This document shows positions 28,939 through 39,734 of a stretch of DNA of 64,000 nt, in pieces. The DNA is from a virus (taxonomy: Duplodnaviria > Caudoviricetes). How positions within the stretch are numbered: the stretch's first letter is position 1; the number at the start of each line of letters is the position of its first letter. The position numbers were made by a program, and so were the translations under genes. The stretch spans positions 18,992 through 82,991 of the IMG/VR virus record IMGVR_UViG_3300041583_000371; one strand, 5' to 3'. The notes under the pieces are model-generated. The model did not search any database and was not told the origin of the DNA. It worked only from the letters and a program-made list of their open reading frames with translations.

Positions 28939-29623
28939 TTAATACAGCGGGTGCATTCATCTTGGTAATTATATACACCACTTTCAATTTCAGTGGGAGT
29001 GGCGTGGCAATGCAAGAATTTAATAATGAAGAATCTTGTCGAGCAGCAATTGTTCAGTTAAAACTAATTGGCAGTGTTAGAGGGTTCTGCATTGCCAAGG
29101 ATGTAATTGAATGAATGAACATCATAGTAAATTATTATTATTTTTGCTGGCAGCAGAAAACAATGATCCCACTATGCGTTTTGGGGTCTATACTATCCAT
29201 GAAACTATCAATAGTCTTGCATCAATACTCGAAACCACTCCAGACAAATTGCGAAAATCGTTAGAATAAAATTTTATTGGTTATCATAAGGTATTAACAG
29301 AAAAAGACACTTTATGTATTGACTAACCATTCAATCTGTCGTATACCTATTATGTAGAAAATAGTAAGGATTTAAAATGACATGTGCTGAAAAATTAATT
29401 GCTTCTTTTTACTCGAAACCCGTTACTTTTTGTACCTCATCCGATGGATTTCGTGCGGTAGAAGTTTTTAATGTACACACATTTAGTTATGAAGTGCATG
29501 AAGTCCTTGTTTTGGCAGCGGAAATTATGAAATATAAGCGCATGATGAACCGCTTGCGCAACAAAAGAAACAAATAATATTTTTATGTTGGCATGAAACC
29601 AGTATAAGATTTGGTGAGGCAAA

Positions 29624-30283
29624 ATGAGTAAAACAAGATATATAGGCGATGTACACGGCTACGTTCGCGAACTGCAATTGGTCCTGAACAATCTTCCTCA
29701 GGAAGTCACTTCTGTCGTTCAAGTTGGTGATATGGGCGTGGGGTTTGAAAAAAGCAAATATTGGCACACAAATCTTGATGATATGATGGTTCGCAAAAAT
29801 GCAAAATTCATTCGAGGAAATCATGACTCGCCTAATGAATGTAAGAAGATGAAATCGTGGATTCCAGATTCTACAGTTATTAATGATGTAATGTATATGG
29901 GCGGTGCTTGGTCGATTGATCACCATTGGAGGACTATGGGTATTGACATGTGGGAGGATGAAGAACTCTCTTATGCTGATCTAAACATTGCTATCAATAT
30001 GTTTGAACTTGCACAGCCAAGAGTAATGGTTACGCACGATTGTCCTGCAGAGATCGCTCTCGAACTGTTTATCAAAACAGGGAACAGTTTAGGCGGTAAA
30101 AACCAATTCAAAACTAGGACCGCATCGGCACTACAGGCCATGTTTGAAGTCCACCAGCCCGATTTGCACATTTTTGGTCATTGGCACACTGATGTTGATA
30201 AAGTTGTAAATGGGACAAGATTTATTTGTCTTGGTGAACTCAGCTATTGTGATGTTGATGATGATACTCTTGAAGTTGCATAG
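29624..30283 (+). CDS. metallophosphoesterase
   Basis: GDVHG, QVGDMG, RGNHD, THD.P, FGHWH. Confidence 0.85.
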   Translation: MSKTRYIGDVHGYVRELQLVLNNLPQEVTSVVQVGDMGVGFEKSKYWHTNLDDMMVRKNAKFIRGNHDSPNECKKMKSWIPDSTVINDVMYMGGAWSIDHHWRTMGIDMWEDEELSYADLNIAINMFELAQPRVMVTHDCPAEIALELFIKTGNSLGGKNQFKTRTASALQAMFEVHQPDLHIFGHWHTDVDKVVNGTRFICLGELSYCDVDDDTLEVA

Positions 30284-30322
30284 TAAAAATAATATAATCA
30301 TTTTGAAATTAAGGAACATTTC

Positions 30323-30688
30323 ATGAAAAATTATAAAGTTGACAATTGGGTTATTATAAAATTTAATGGTGTGGAACCACACTATAGAGTTCTCAGTGGA
30401 AAATCAGGTGGCTACCTTGATGGTAGCAGTTGGTGTATGGAAAGCGGCATCATAAGTGTTAAAAGTAGAACTGACCATTATGTGAGTCTAGGCGAAAAGA
30501 TAGAAATCTTTTTGTATGAATTTTTCAGCACAAGTGGTTCTTGTTACACTTGCAACAAAGAATCTTACGGTATCAAAATGAACAACGCATATGTTTGGGA
30601 CAAGCTAAAAAAAATCTATGGGGATGAAGTCGAATTGATGAACGAAGATACAGATTGGCTGGACATTGATTGGCTGACCAAAGTATAG
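30323..30688 (+). CDS. hypothetical protein, paralog of 26849
   Basis: shared DNWV/PHYRV/GGY/C.K.SY motifs. Confidence 0.65.
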   Translation: MKNYKVDNWVIIKFNGVEPHYRVLSGKSGGYLDGSSWCMESGIISVKSRTDHYVSLGEKIEIFLYEFFSTSGSCYTCNKESYGIKMNNAYVWDKLKKIYGDEVELMNEDTDWLDIDWLTKV

Positions 30689-31513
30689 TATTATAAATTC
30701 CAGTACTATAGTTGTTGGATTATAAGTCAACTACATTTTCAACAGTGTTTTCTAAATTAGCGATTGTTGCGTTGATTACATCGTGGCCTATCACCTATAA
30801 AAGAACGTAATATCTATTGACTTTGATCTACTGAAAAAGTATAGTTGACGCAACACTTCGATTAGCTTATGACAATAAAAGGACTGTGAAATGAAAGTTT
30901 ATATTTACCTACATGACTGGCATGTTGATTATGATATGCACGGTACTAATATCGTCTGGGTGTCAGATGAACTACATCTACCAACTTATAATTCTATAAT
31001 TCAATGCTGTCACCGAGTGGAGTTCTGGGAAGACGGGATCAAACAATGGACTAAGGAACAAGTCGGAAAAATGTCACCAAATTGGATCTGATAAACATCT
31101 TTTGGCTAATTTTTATATGTGTATCGGAAAGCGCATGGAATTTAAAAACTACGAACCAAAGCATTACTCTGGAATGCCAGAAGAATTAAAGTCTTATGAT
31201 GAAGTGGAAGTTGTATTTTCGGATTCGGATGAGTCTTGGATTGACATTGCAGCCAATGCGCTGTATTCAGCATCAAAATTCCTATGAAGCTAATTGATAA
31301 ACTCATGGATATAGATGCCATGCTGTATGGTAAAGGCGGAACAAACTTTATCAATATTCGCATTGTGATGGATGATATTGATGATCTAGTTTTGGAAAAA
31401 AACAGCAATGCAATTAAATTTGCAGATAGTATGGAATTACTACATTCAGTATTAAAGAAAGTAACGGAAATAAAATCTGATAATAGGTAAATTTAATAAC
31501 AAGGAAAAATGAT

Positions 31514-31759
31514 ATGGAACCTGATGAAGAATATGATAGAATACTAAAAATTAATAATAAAACCGCTGTGTTACTCATTTCTCTATTAGAGCAATTCAGT
31601 GAATCTAATATAGATGAAGATAATTTTCTTGCTGACATTTACTCCAAGCTTATCTGCGCGGAAATTTTTGGATTTAATTTAGAAGCTCTTTTGGCAGATG
31701 CAAAAGCAGCGGCATCCCGCTTACTCGCGGAAGAAGCAAACGGAAAGGAAGATAATTAA
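31514..31759 (+). CDS. hypothetical protein
   Basis: ORF with AAGGA RBS. Confidence 0.5.
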   Translation: MEPDEEYDRILKINNKTAVLLISLLEQFSESNIDEDNFLADIYSKLICAEIFGFNLEALLADAKAAASRLLAEEANGKEDN

Positions 31760-32281
31760 TAAGCTAAGTGGGTACTTTTAAGCAAAATTAACAGTGAAAT
31801 GATGGCGTTTGACCATTATGCAATCATTACATCTTTTATCAGGATTTAAATATGACAATACCTACATGCAAGCATTGGGCGATTATAACATGCACACCCA
31901 CAAGTGTATTTGTATCATGTGATAACCGTGCCCAGATACCTCTTGGGCACGGTTACTTTGAAGACAGCGAAGAAATTATTGGATATGAAGCGTTCGTAGA
32001 ATTTGAAAAATTCGAGAAACGAGTACTACAGCTCACACTTAAAAATTCCAAGTTTCATGCGATTGACGCAAATCCCCTAAAAGTAGAGATGACTACAACA
32101 ATAAAATTAACATAAGGCGGTAGATTATGAAAACATTTAGACGGGTGCTCGGTATAGGCGGCACAGTAAGTATTGTTGGTGGCATACTATTCAGTAGCAC
32201 TCCCTTCCCATTTTTAATCGGATTTGTATCTTTGCTATGTCTGGCATATATACAGTACACCGATGTAGATTGGGATAAGTA

Positions 32282-32524
32282 ATGGAAAACTGGGAAATGC
32301 GAGCAGGAAATAAAATATCTACAGTAACTTTTGAGTATGATAATTTGACATATGTAGATGAATTGTTTCATGATGCTATCGTCTATTGCCATGTACGCAT
32401 CATGAAACTTATCATTAAAATGAATAAGACTCCCGATGATCCATTAGATCAACAAATGTTAGATTATTACAATTCTAAAATTACCGCATACGAAAAAATG
32501 GCTGCTACTCTTAGTAACAGTTGA
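32282..32524 (+). CDS. hypothetical protein
   Basis: ORF followed by perfect TTGACA-N17-TATAAT at 32521-32549. Confidence 0.5.
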   Translation: MENWEMRAGNKISTVTFEYDNLTYVDELFHDAIVYCHVRIMKLIIKMNKTPDDPLDQQMLDYYNSKITAYEKMAATLSNS

Positions 32525-32632
32525 CATCAATAATTTAAATTACTATAATATGATAAATTTAGGAGCATAAATAAAAATTTAAAAACGCACCAAGTCGGAA
32601 GATTAGAAACTGCAAACAACAGGAAAAATAAT

Positions 32633-32977
32633 ATGATTAAAACTATCCCACTAGGAACCATAGATATTTCGTTATGTCTCGAACATAACGGTATTTATGT
32701 TTATCTCAATGATGATGAAATACCCGCAGGCAATTGGACAATAGACGATTTAGTTACTGATATAATCGAATGTTATGCTATTGACGGTTTTTTTGAACTA
32801 GGTACAAAAGAAGCAGAAGTAGTCGACCAGCTTGCAACCGCACTTGAAAAAGCTGCAAAAACTCTTCGAAATTCTAGAAGAAAAGAAGAGGGCGTGATTG
32901 ATGTTGATTGGTTGGGGACTGTTGGTACTGTCCAAGAAGATGGAAACGATCTTATCATGACGGTGAAGCCACAATGA
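32633..32977 (+). CDS. hypothetical protein
   Basis: ORF with RBS downstream of early promoter. Confidence 0.55.
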   Translation: MIKTIPLGTIDISLCLEHNGIYVYLNDDEIPAGNWTIDDLVTDIIECYAIDGFFELGTKEAEVVDQLATALEKAAKTLRNSRRKEEGVIDVDWLGTVGTVQEDGNDLIMTVKPQ

Positions 32978-33338
32978 ATATGATCTTAGTTTTGGCAGGA
33001 ATAATCTTGTGATTTGGCATTAGTTCAGCATATTTCTTATGCAACATGGGCAAGAAAAATAAAAAAGAGCCTTGGTATATTTGGATATTTCTGCCTCCTG
33101 TAATTATTTCATTGCTAATATTCTTGGTACTGCCATTTTCTATTGGATATTTTTTAGAATGGGTTTTCGAGAGCAGACTTCGTTCACATACAAGTGTTGT
33201 AAAAGGTGTTATTAGGAACATCGGAGACTTCATGCATTATTTTCTAAAATAATAGTTGACATTTGATGATATGAAATATATAGTATCATCTATTACAAAA
33301 TAACATAAATAAAGACGTTATAACATCATAAGGAGTTT

Positions 33339-34799
33339 ATGAAAATGACCAATGTACTATCTCTACTAACTGCAATTATCCGAACTGATAGCTATAAATT
33401 GAGCCAGTTCTTGCAGTATCCCCCAGATACTACCCGTATCAGTTCATATATCGAATCTCGCGGCGGTGAAAAAGAAAGTGTTTTCTTCGGCTTGCAAGCA
33501 TTCATTAAGCAGTATATGCTCACGCCAATCACACAAAAAGATATCAATATGGCGGAAAAGCTTGTGCTTGCACACGGGTTGCCATTCAATCGTGAAGGTT
33601 GGGAAATTATTGTCAACGAATATGACGGTATGCTACCACTTGAAATTGAAGCAGTGCCTGAAGGTACTGTTATGGAAACGCGAAATGTACAGGTTCAAGT
33701 TGTCAACACTGATCCTCGACTGTTTTGGTTGACCTCTTATATCGAGACTGCGATGCTGCGCGGCATTTGGTATCCTTCTACCGTCGCGACAAAAAGCCGT
33801 AAACTGAAAAAGATTATTGCGGCTGGATTGCATAAAACAAGCGATATTCCAGTAAATGATCAAATTCAGTTCAAATTGCACGACTTTGGCGCAAGAGGCG
33901 CTAGTAGCTCAGAATCTGCAATGCTTGGTGGAATGGCACACTTGACTAACTTTATGGGCACTGATACAGTAGAAGCACTTGTGGGTGCAATGGAATACTA
34001 TAATTCAGAAGTAGTGCCTGGGTTTAGTATCCCCGCTAGTGAGCATAGTACAATTTGTGGGTGGGGAGGACCAGAAGGCGAAGTTGTTGCATTTGAAAAT
34101 ATGATAGTCAAATTTGCTGGGGAAGGCAAGATTTACGCTTGTGTAAGCGACAGTTATGATATCTATGCCGCGTGTCGAGAGTTGTGGGGTGGTGTTCTGA
34201 AAGATAAAGTAATTTCATCAGGTGGAACTTTGGTAGTTCGTCCTGACTCTGGCGATCCAATGACAGTACCAATCGAAGTATTGAATATTCTTGCCGAAAA
34301 GTTTGGCTTTGCGGTAAACAGCAAAGGATATAAAGTTTTGCCTTCTTATATTCGTGTAATTCAAGGCGATGGCCTCAATGAAGAAACCCTTCCTATCCTG
34401 ATTAAAAACGTGATAGATGCTGGGTTTTCACTTGACAATATCGCATTTGGTATGGGTGGCGGATTGCTACAAGCTTGGAATAGAGACACACTGAAGTATG
34501 CAATGAAAGCAAGTGCTCGTGAGGATACCAATGGTATTTGGCATAATGTATTCAAAGACCCAATTTCAGACAAAGGCAAGACTTCTAAGAAAGGTCTTTT
34601 GGGGCTTGTGTATGACTGTGGTGTGGGTAGCTGTAGTTATAAAACAGTACCTAAGAATGTTGCAACAGAAAAAGGAAACCTGCTTCGTACAGTGTATCGC
34701 AATGGTGCTCTCTTAATTGAAGATACATTTGATGAAGTTAGAGCTCGGGCCGGACTAAAAGTCGAAGAGTATTCACCTCAGATTATAGAAAGATATTAA
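33339..34799 (+). CDS. nadV: nicotinamide phosphoribosyltransferase (Nampt/NadV)
   Basis: TDSYK, LHDFGARG, SIPASEHS, VSDSYD, VRPDSGDP, IQGDG, FGMGGGLLQ, SKKG. Confidence 0.93.
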   Translation: MKMTNVLSLLTAIIRTDSYKLSQFLQYPPDTTRISSYIESRGGEKESVFFGLQAFIKQYMLTPITQKDINMAEKLVLAHGLPFNREGWEIIVNEYDGMLPLEIEAVPEGTVMETRNVQVQVVNTDPRLFWLTSYIETAMLRGIWYPSTVATKSRKLKKIIAAGLHKTSDIPVNDQIQFKLHDFGARGASSSESAMLGGMAHLTNFMGTDTVEALVGAMEYYNSEVVPGFSIPASEHSTICGWGGPEGEVVAFENMIVKFAGEGKIYACVSDSYDIYAACRELWGGVLKDKVISSGGTLVVRPDSGDPMTVPIEVLNILAEKFGFAVNSKGYKVLPSYIRVIQGDGLNEETLPILIKNVIDAGFSLDNIAFGMGGGLLQAWNRDTLKYAMKASAREDTNGIWHNVFKDPISDKGKTSKKGLLGLVYDCGVGSCSYKTVPKNVATEKGNLLRTVYRNGALLIEDTFDEVRARAGLKVEEYSPQIIERY

Positions 34800-35154
34800 C
34801 CTAAAGAGGGGCAGGGAAACTTGCCCCCATTCACTTTAAGTATTGGATAATAAAATGGAAATTGATATGCGCTCAAAAGAATATGTTGAATGGACTGCAA
34901 ATGTTTGGAAACTAAATTCCGAACGAAACGAAATTTTACAAAGAGAAATCCGACGGCAAGAAGATTTGGATTGGGTAGCAGAGTTTAGTAGTCAAGATAA
35001 TGATGTTTAACTATTGACAGCGATATATATCTAGTCTATGTTTATCTTGATGGAAATGAACACAAAGCGATGATTAATACAGGCAAGGTGTTGTATGCCA
35101 TGGCCAAATTAGAAAATCCAAAAGATATATATTTTCTCGGAAAGGGAATATAAA

Positions 35155-35517
35155 ATGACAAATATCGAACGCAAAATGATTACCGCTACATTGGGCGAAA
35201 CGTATACCCGCAAAGATGGCAGTACAGCTTTCTTAAAGGATGAAATGAACTGGGACGGCGCCACATTGGATGAAATGGCGAACCGCATTAACCGCATTCG
35301 AGATGAATATGGTGCCACATATACCGATATCCGTATCAGCAAAGAAACTGTGTGGGAATATGGCGAAGAGCGTATTGAATGGGTATTTACAGGTCGCCGC
35401 ATGGAAACAGAAGAAGAGTGTGCTGCAAGAGTCACGGCGGTCGAAAAAAATAAATCTGATACTGATGCCCGAAACCACAAAGAATTTGAGCGCTTGAAAT
35501 CTCTCTTGGGAAAATAA
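35155..35517 (+). CDS. hypothetical protein
   Basis: ORF after promoter at 35014; GRRMET.EE motif. Confidence 0.6.
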   Translation: MTNIERKMITATLGETYTRKDGSTAFLKDEMNWDGATLDEMANRINRIRDEYGATYTDIRISKETVWEYGEERIEWVFTGRRMETEEECAARVTAVEKNKSDTDARNHKEFERLKSLLGK

Positions 35518-35800
35518 AATCTTAGTAACAAAAAAATGAGGTTATATACTATGAAAAAAGAAGAATTTGATGCGCTAGATAAAGAAATCCGAACACTAGT
35601 GACAGAAGGATATATTGATGGATTTGAAACAGCGATTATGGTGGTAAAATCAATTGTCATGCGTGTTGGCGACAAAGAACTGGATGATAATTATAAGGCG
35701 GCACTTGATTTTGCTGTCAGTCTTTTGAATAATAACTTAGACATGTTGAAGCGTGATGAATTGATTGTGTTGGGACGAGATGAATTGAATATGTTGAAGG

Positions 35801-36669
35801 GTGGCAATGATGATAAACTTTGATGATGAGGAAAGCAATGCAGCCGATGCAAAACAAGATCAACTCGAACAAAATAGAAATTTCATGCTAAATCTTGATG
35901 AAAGTGAAAGCAATGCCGCCGATGCTATTCTTGAGCCAAAAGATTATTTTGCCGACTTAAAAAGCAAAATAACTGATGTTCAGTACGATCAGCTAGAACA
36001 GAATCGTGGGTTCATTGGCAAAGAAATTGAAAAGGCAAATCGTCTAGGCCAAAAGAATCTTACCCATAAAGCATCTTATATGTGGGAAATTCTCGAAAAA
36101 GAACTAATTTTACATGCTATGGGGCTTACTAAGTATGTGCATCGTCAAGATGTCATATTGCTTATTGACAAAGTGAAACCAAAAAACTCTGTAAAAATAG
36201 TTGAACTTGAAAATTATCCTCGGTCAATTCCAGACGCGAATATGGAAGACATCATCAAAGCTCGTGAGCTTGGACTTTTTGATGTTTTACTTATTCTATA
36301 TACAGACCTTACCGACGAAGAAGTAAACACGCCTGCGCAAAAGCAATTTGCTGCCAGAAAAAAAGATCCCATTGTATTCGGCATGTTTATTAATGATAAG
36401 ATCAATCTAAAACATGATCGTCTATACTTTATTACTGACTGGGAAGATGAGTTTTGTGAACTTACATTTACAAAGATGATTGACAAGATGTCTGAAATGG
36501 GTATTAAAAACCCTGAAAAAACATAACCATAGATGAAAATCACATCAATTCTATCGTAGCAATGTCAAAACAGGAAGTTTCTGCGGTTAAACTAGAGGAA
36601 AAGTTTGTAGTATCAACACCAGAGAAAAAGAAATTCTTCTCGAAGCTAAAGGCATATCTCTTTAAATGA
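35801..36669 (+). CDS. phage hypothetical protein; C-terminus probably frameshifted at A-run 36516-36521
   Basis: EL..YPR.IP, DPI.FG, DW.DE.C.LT; adding one A extends the frame to TGA 36667-69 overlapping the next ATG. Confidence 0.55.
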
Positions 36670-37112
36670 CTCCCGATAATGATAAAACTCTACGGTCAAT
36701 CTTTTGCAAAGCCGTAGTTGGCTGGGATGAATGGAATGATCGTAGAGATTATAAACGAAAATATGAAAGTAGCGAGTTCCACTTAGGTAATGGCGTCGGC
36801 AATAGTATTTTAAGAATCATGTCATACTACATTGAAGATACCTATGGAAAGAAAAATATACTGAAAGATAATGTTACAGATAGCGAAGAATATATGCATT
36901 TTCTATCTAAAATCATGCCAGAGTCTAAGCAAGGCCAAGAGTATGATTATATGATGTCATTCGGGATGGCTAGAAATATAGACGGCACATTTTCCAATTG
37001 TGATTGTTGCGGAAAGGACTTGAATATTATAAATTCTTCGAAGTTTGCTATGTGTGATGCTTGCGATGATGTCCATAGTGAAAAAATTATACCTAAAATA
37101 GATTTACGTTAG
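36666..37112 (+). CDS. hypothetical protein with C-terminal zinc-ribbon-like CxxC pairs
   Basis: CDCCG...CDAC. Confidence 0.5.
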   Translation: MTPDNDKTLRSIFCKAVVGWDEWNDRRDYKRKYESSEFHLGNGVGNSILRIMSYYIEDTYGKKNILKDNVTDSEEYMHFLSKIMPESKQGQEYDYMMSFGMARNIDGTFSNCDCCGKDLNIINSSKFAMCDACDDVHSEKIIPKIDLR

Positions 37113-37202
37113 GTAAATAGGCTTAAAATTTATCTGTCAAGAAAAATTCAATATACCTAAATATGTTAGTGCTGGTTGGCCCAAGCATATTGGAGGGAAA
37201 GC

Positions 37203-38420
37203 ATGAATTACGAATCAGCACTTGATGTAGTATTAGACAGATTACGTTTGGAGTCGCGGTATAGGACTTTCATAGATATTGAACGTATAAGAGGTAGGTA
37301 TCCTACTGCATTATGGCACAAACCAAATGGGGATAAAAAAGAAATTACCGTTTGGTGTGGTAATGACTATCTTGGTATGGGGCAGCACCCAATCATTATA
37401 GATGCAATGATTGCGGCATTAGATGCTACCGGAGCGGGTTCTGGGGGCACAAGAAACATTTCTGGGACAACAGTATACCATACCAGTCTTGAAAAAGAAT
37501 TGGCGGAATTACATGGAACAGAATCTGCTTTGGTTTTTACATCAGCCTATAATGCCAATGATGCCACATTATCAACTCTATCAAAAATATTCCAAAATCT
37601 CATAATATATTCGGACGAACTAAATCATGCTTCTATTATAGAAGGGGTGCGGCGCAATAATACCACAAAAAGAATTTTTCGCCATAACGATGTTCAACAT
37701 CTGCGTGAGTTGTTGAACAATGACGAACCTTCATTACCGAAGTTAATTGTATTTGAATCGATATATTCTATGGATGGTGATTTTGGGCCAATCAAAGAAA
37801 TTTGTGATTTGGCTGAAGAGTTTAATGCACTCACATATATAGACGAGGTTCACGCGGTTGGTATGTATGGGCCGCGTGGTGCAGGTGTTGCGGAACGCGA
37901 TGGTGTTATGCATAAATTAGATATTATAAATGGTACATTAGCCAAAGCATATGGAGTTGCTGGTGGTTATATCGCGGCAAGCTCAAAAATGTGTGATGCT
38001 ATACGGTCATACGCCCCAGGTTTTATTTTCACATCTTCCATGCCACCATCAGTTGCCGCTGGTGCAACAGCGTCAGTTAGTTATTTGAAAAATGCACAAC
38101 ATTTGCGGGACAAACAACAATTAAATGCAAAAATACTAAAAGATAGGTTTAAGTCGATAGGACTTCCTGTAATTGATTATGGTAGCCATATCGTACCAGT
38201 TCAAGTAGGCGACCCAATCAATTGCAAAATATTATCAGATATTCTACTCGAAAAATATGGCATATACGTTCAGCCAATTAATTTTCCTACAGTACCAAGA
38301 GGAACAGAAAGATTGCGCTTTACACCTTCGCCTTTGCATGATGTAGAACATATAGATGTATTGGTTAATGCCATGGAAGATATCTGGGCACATTATATCA
38401 TAGGCGGAAATGCTACGTGA
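37203..38420 (+). CDS. hemA: 5-aminolevulinate synthase (Shemin/C4 pathway)
   Basis: [44 protein letters not shown] (PLP Lys), [11 protein letters not shown]; GGAGG RBS. Confidence 0.95.
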   Translation: MNYESALDVVLDRLRLESRYRTFIDIERIRGRYPTALWHKPNGDKKEITVWCGNDYLGMGQHPIIIDAMIAALDATGAGSGGTRNISGTTVYHTSLEKELAELHGTESALVFTSAYNANDATLSTLSKIFQNLIIYSDELNHASIIEGVRRNNTTKRIFRHNDVQHLRELLNNDEPSLPKLIVFESIYSMDGDFGPIKEICDLAEEFNALTYIDEVHAVGMYGPRGAGVAERDGVMHKLDIINGTLAKAYGVAGGYIAASSKMCDAIRSYAPGFIFTSSMPPSVAAGATASVSYLKNAQHLRDKQQLNAKILKDRFKSIGLPVIDYGSHIVPVQVGDPINCKILSDILLEKYGIYVQPINFPTVPRGTERLRFTPSPLHDVEHIDVLVNAMEDIWAHYIIGGNAT

Positions 38421-38678
38421 TTACACATATTTTAAATTGAAAAATTATTTTACCAAAGCTGATTTTAAATATATAGAATTTAACAATAAAATTTATAAAA
38501 ATCACTAGGTTTCTACCACTTCATCCCATTAACATTGATTATACCAAGATTTTTATACTTGTCAAGACATAAAATGCATGTTTATTGAAATAAGTATAAA
38601 TAGTGAAATACAGCAAAATATATTTGTATGAATAACCAAATCATGCTACTGTATTCAAGAACAAATAGAGGAGTGCCT

Positions 38679-39734
38679 GTGAAAAGCTTCAAAGAATATA
38701 TTTCTGAAAATACAGAAGCTACCAACATCTTCAAAAATGCAAAAGGCATTGCTTTTTACATCAAGGGCGAAAAAAGAAAACAATCCTATATTGATGCACT
38801 GACTGCACTTGAAATTGCAGCAGAAGAGAAAGAAATATATAACGCAAGATTTGATGAATACAAATCAAGCATAAATCTTGGCATCGAGTATGCTTACAAT
38901 ACCATGTTTGCTGAAATACAGAAAGATGTGAGAGATGCTGGGCAAGAAACATCTGACCTTTGGAGTATGACTTCGGCAGGTGATGTTAAGAAAATAACTA
39001 AAATTTTCAATAGTATGACGCCAAAAAATAACAAGGCGATATCCTTTACTAATGCCATTTCAGATATTCATGGTGGCTTCAAGATTATAAAAAGTTATGT
39101 CAAAGCGGGTAAGCCCCCTGCACAACCAAAACCAGATCAATTTTACAAGCCCATTGCTTCTGTTGATGCTACAAAATTAGCATTAAAATTCATGAAAGAG
39201 GCTTCCGATTCTTTTTCTAAAGAATTAAGAACCAACATAGAATCGCAAATGATGACAGCATATAATAAAATAAAAAATTTGACCGACCCTAAAGAATTGC
39301 CATCATCTCCTACTATACAGCAAGTCGCCTCTACTATATTTTTGCTGAGGAAAAAAGATGGCAAACCACTACTGGAATTGATTTCTGGCCACAAAGAAAG
39401 AGTAGAAAAACTCATTAACGATAGTGTGAATTCTATCGTAGATGGGTTTGTTTCAAAAAGCTCTTCTAAACTTTCTTTGATACTTCAAAAAAAAGATGCC
39501 CCAAAATCACACAAAATTGTTCGTACAAATGTAAATAATGGCATGGTCGAAAATGTTATGCAATTTGAGTTCAACGATGGTAGCAGTTTTACTATGGAAA
39601 GCAGTGTTGTATTTAAGCGTAGCTCTGGCGGAAAGTTATTTTTTCAATACCCAACACGATTCAGAAACATAAAAATGGCAGATGGTTCTATGATGAAATC
39701 CCCATCTGAAGAAAAAATGATAAAAGAATTTTGA
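38679..39734 (+). CDS. late-expressed protein with MKSFKEYISE leader
   Basis: TATAAATA at 38595-38602; GAGGAG RBS before GTG 38679. Confidence 0.6.
   Translation: MKSFKEYISENTEATNIFKNAKGIAFYIKGEKRKQSYIDALTALEIAAEEKEIYNARFDEYKSSINLGIEYAYNTMFAEIQKDVRDAGQETSDLWSMTSAGDVKKITKIFNSMTPKNNKAISFTNAISDIHGGFKIIKSYVKAGKPPAQPKPDQFYKPIASVDATKLALKFMKEASDSFSKELRTNIESQMMTAYNKIKNLTDPKELPSSPTIQQVASTIFLLRKKDGKPLLELISGHKERVEKLINDSVNSIVDGFVSKSSSKLSLILQKKDAPKSHKIVRTNVNNGMVENVMQFEFNDGSSFTMESSVVFKRSSGGKLFFQYPTRFRNIKMADGSMMKSPSEEKMIKEF

Noticed and set aside
37110-37140. Minus-strand TTGACA upstream of hemA as a promoter
   Set aside because: No acceptable -10 element at 16-18 nt spacing
37203-38420. hemA as host contamination
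   Set aside because: AT-rich codon usage matches the phage genes and both flanks are phage-like; read coverage not checkable here
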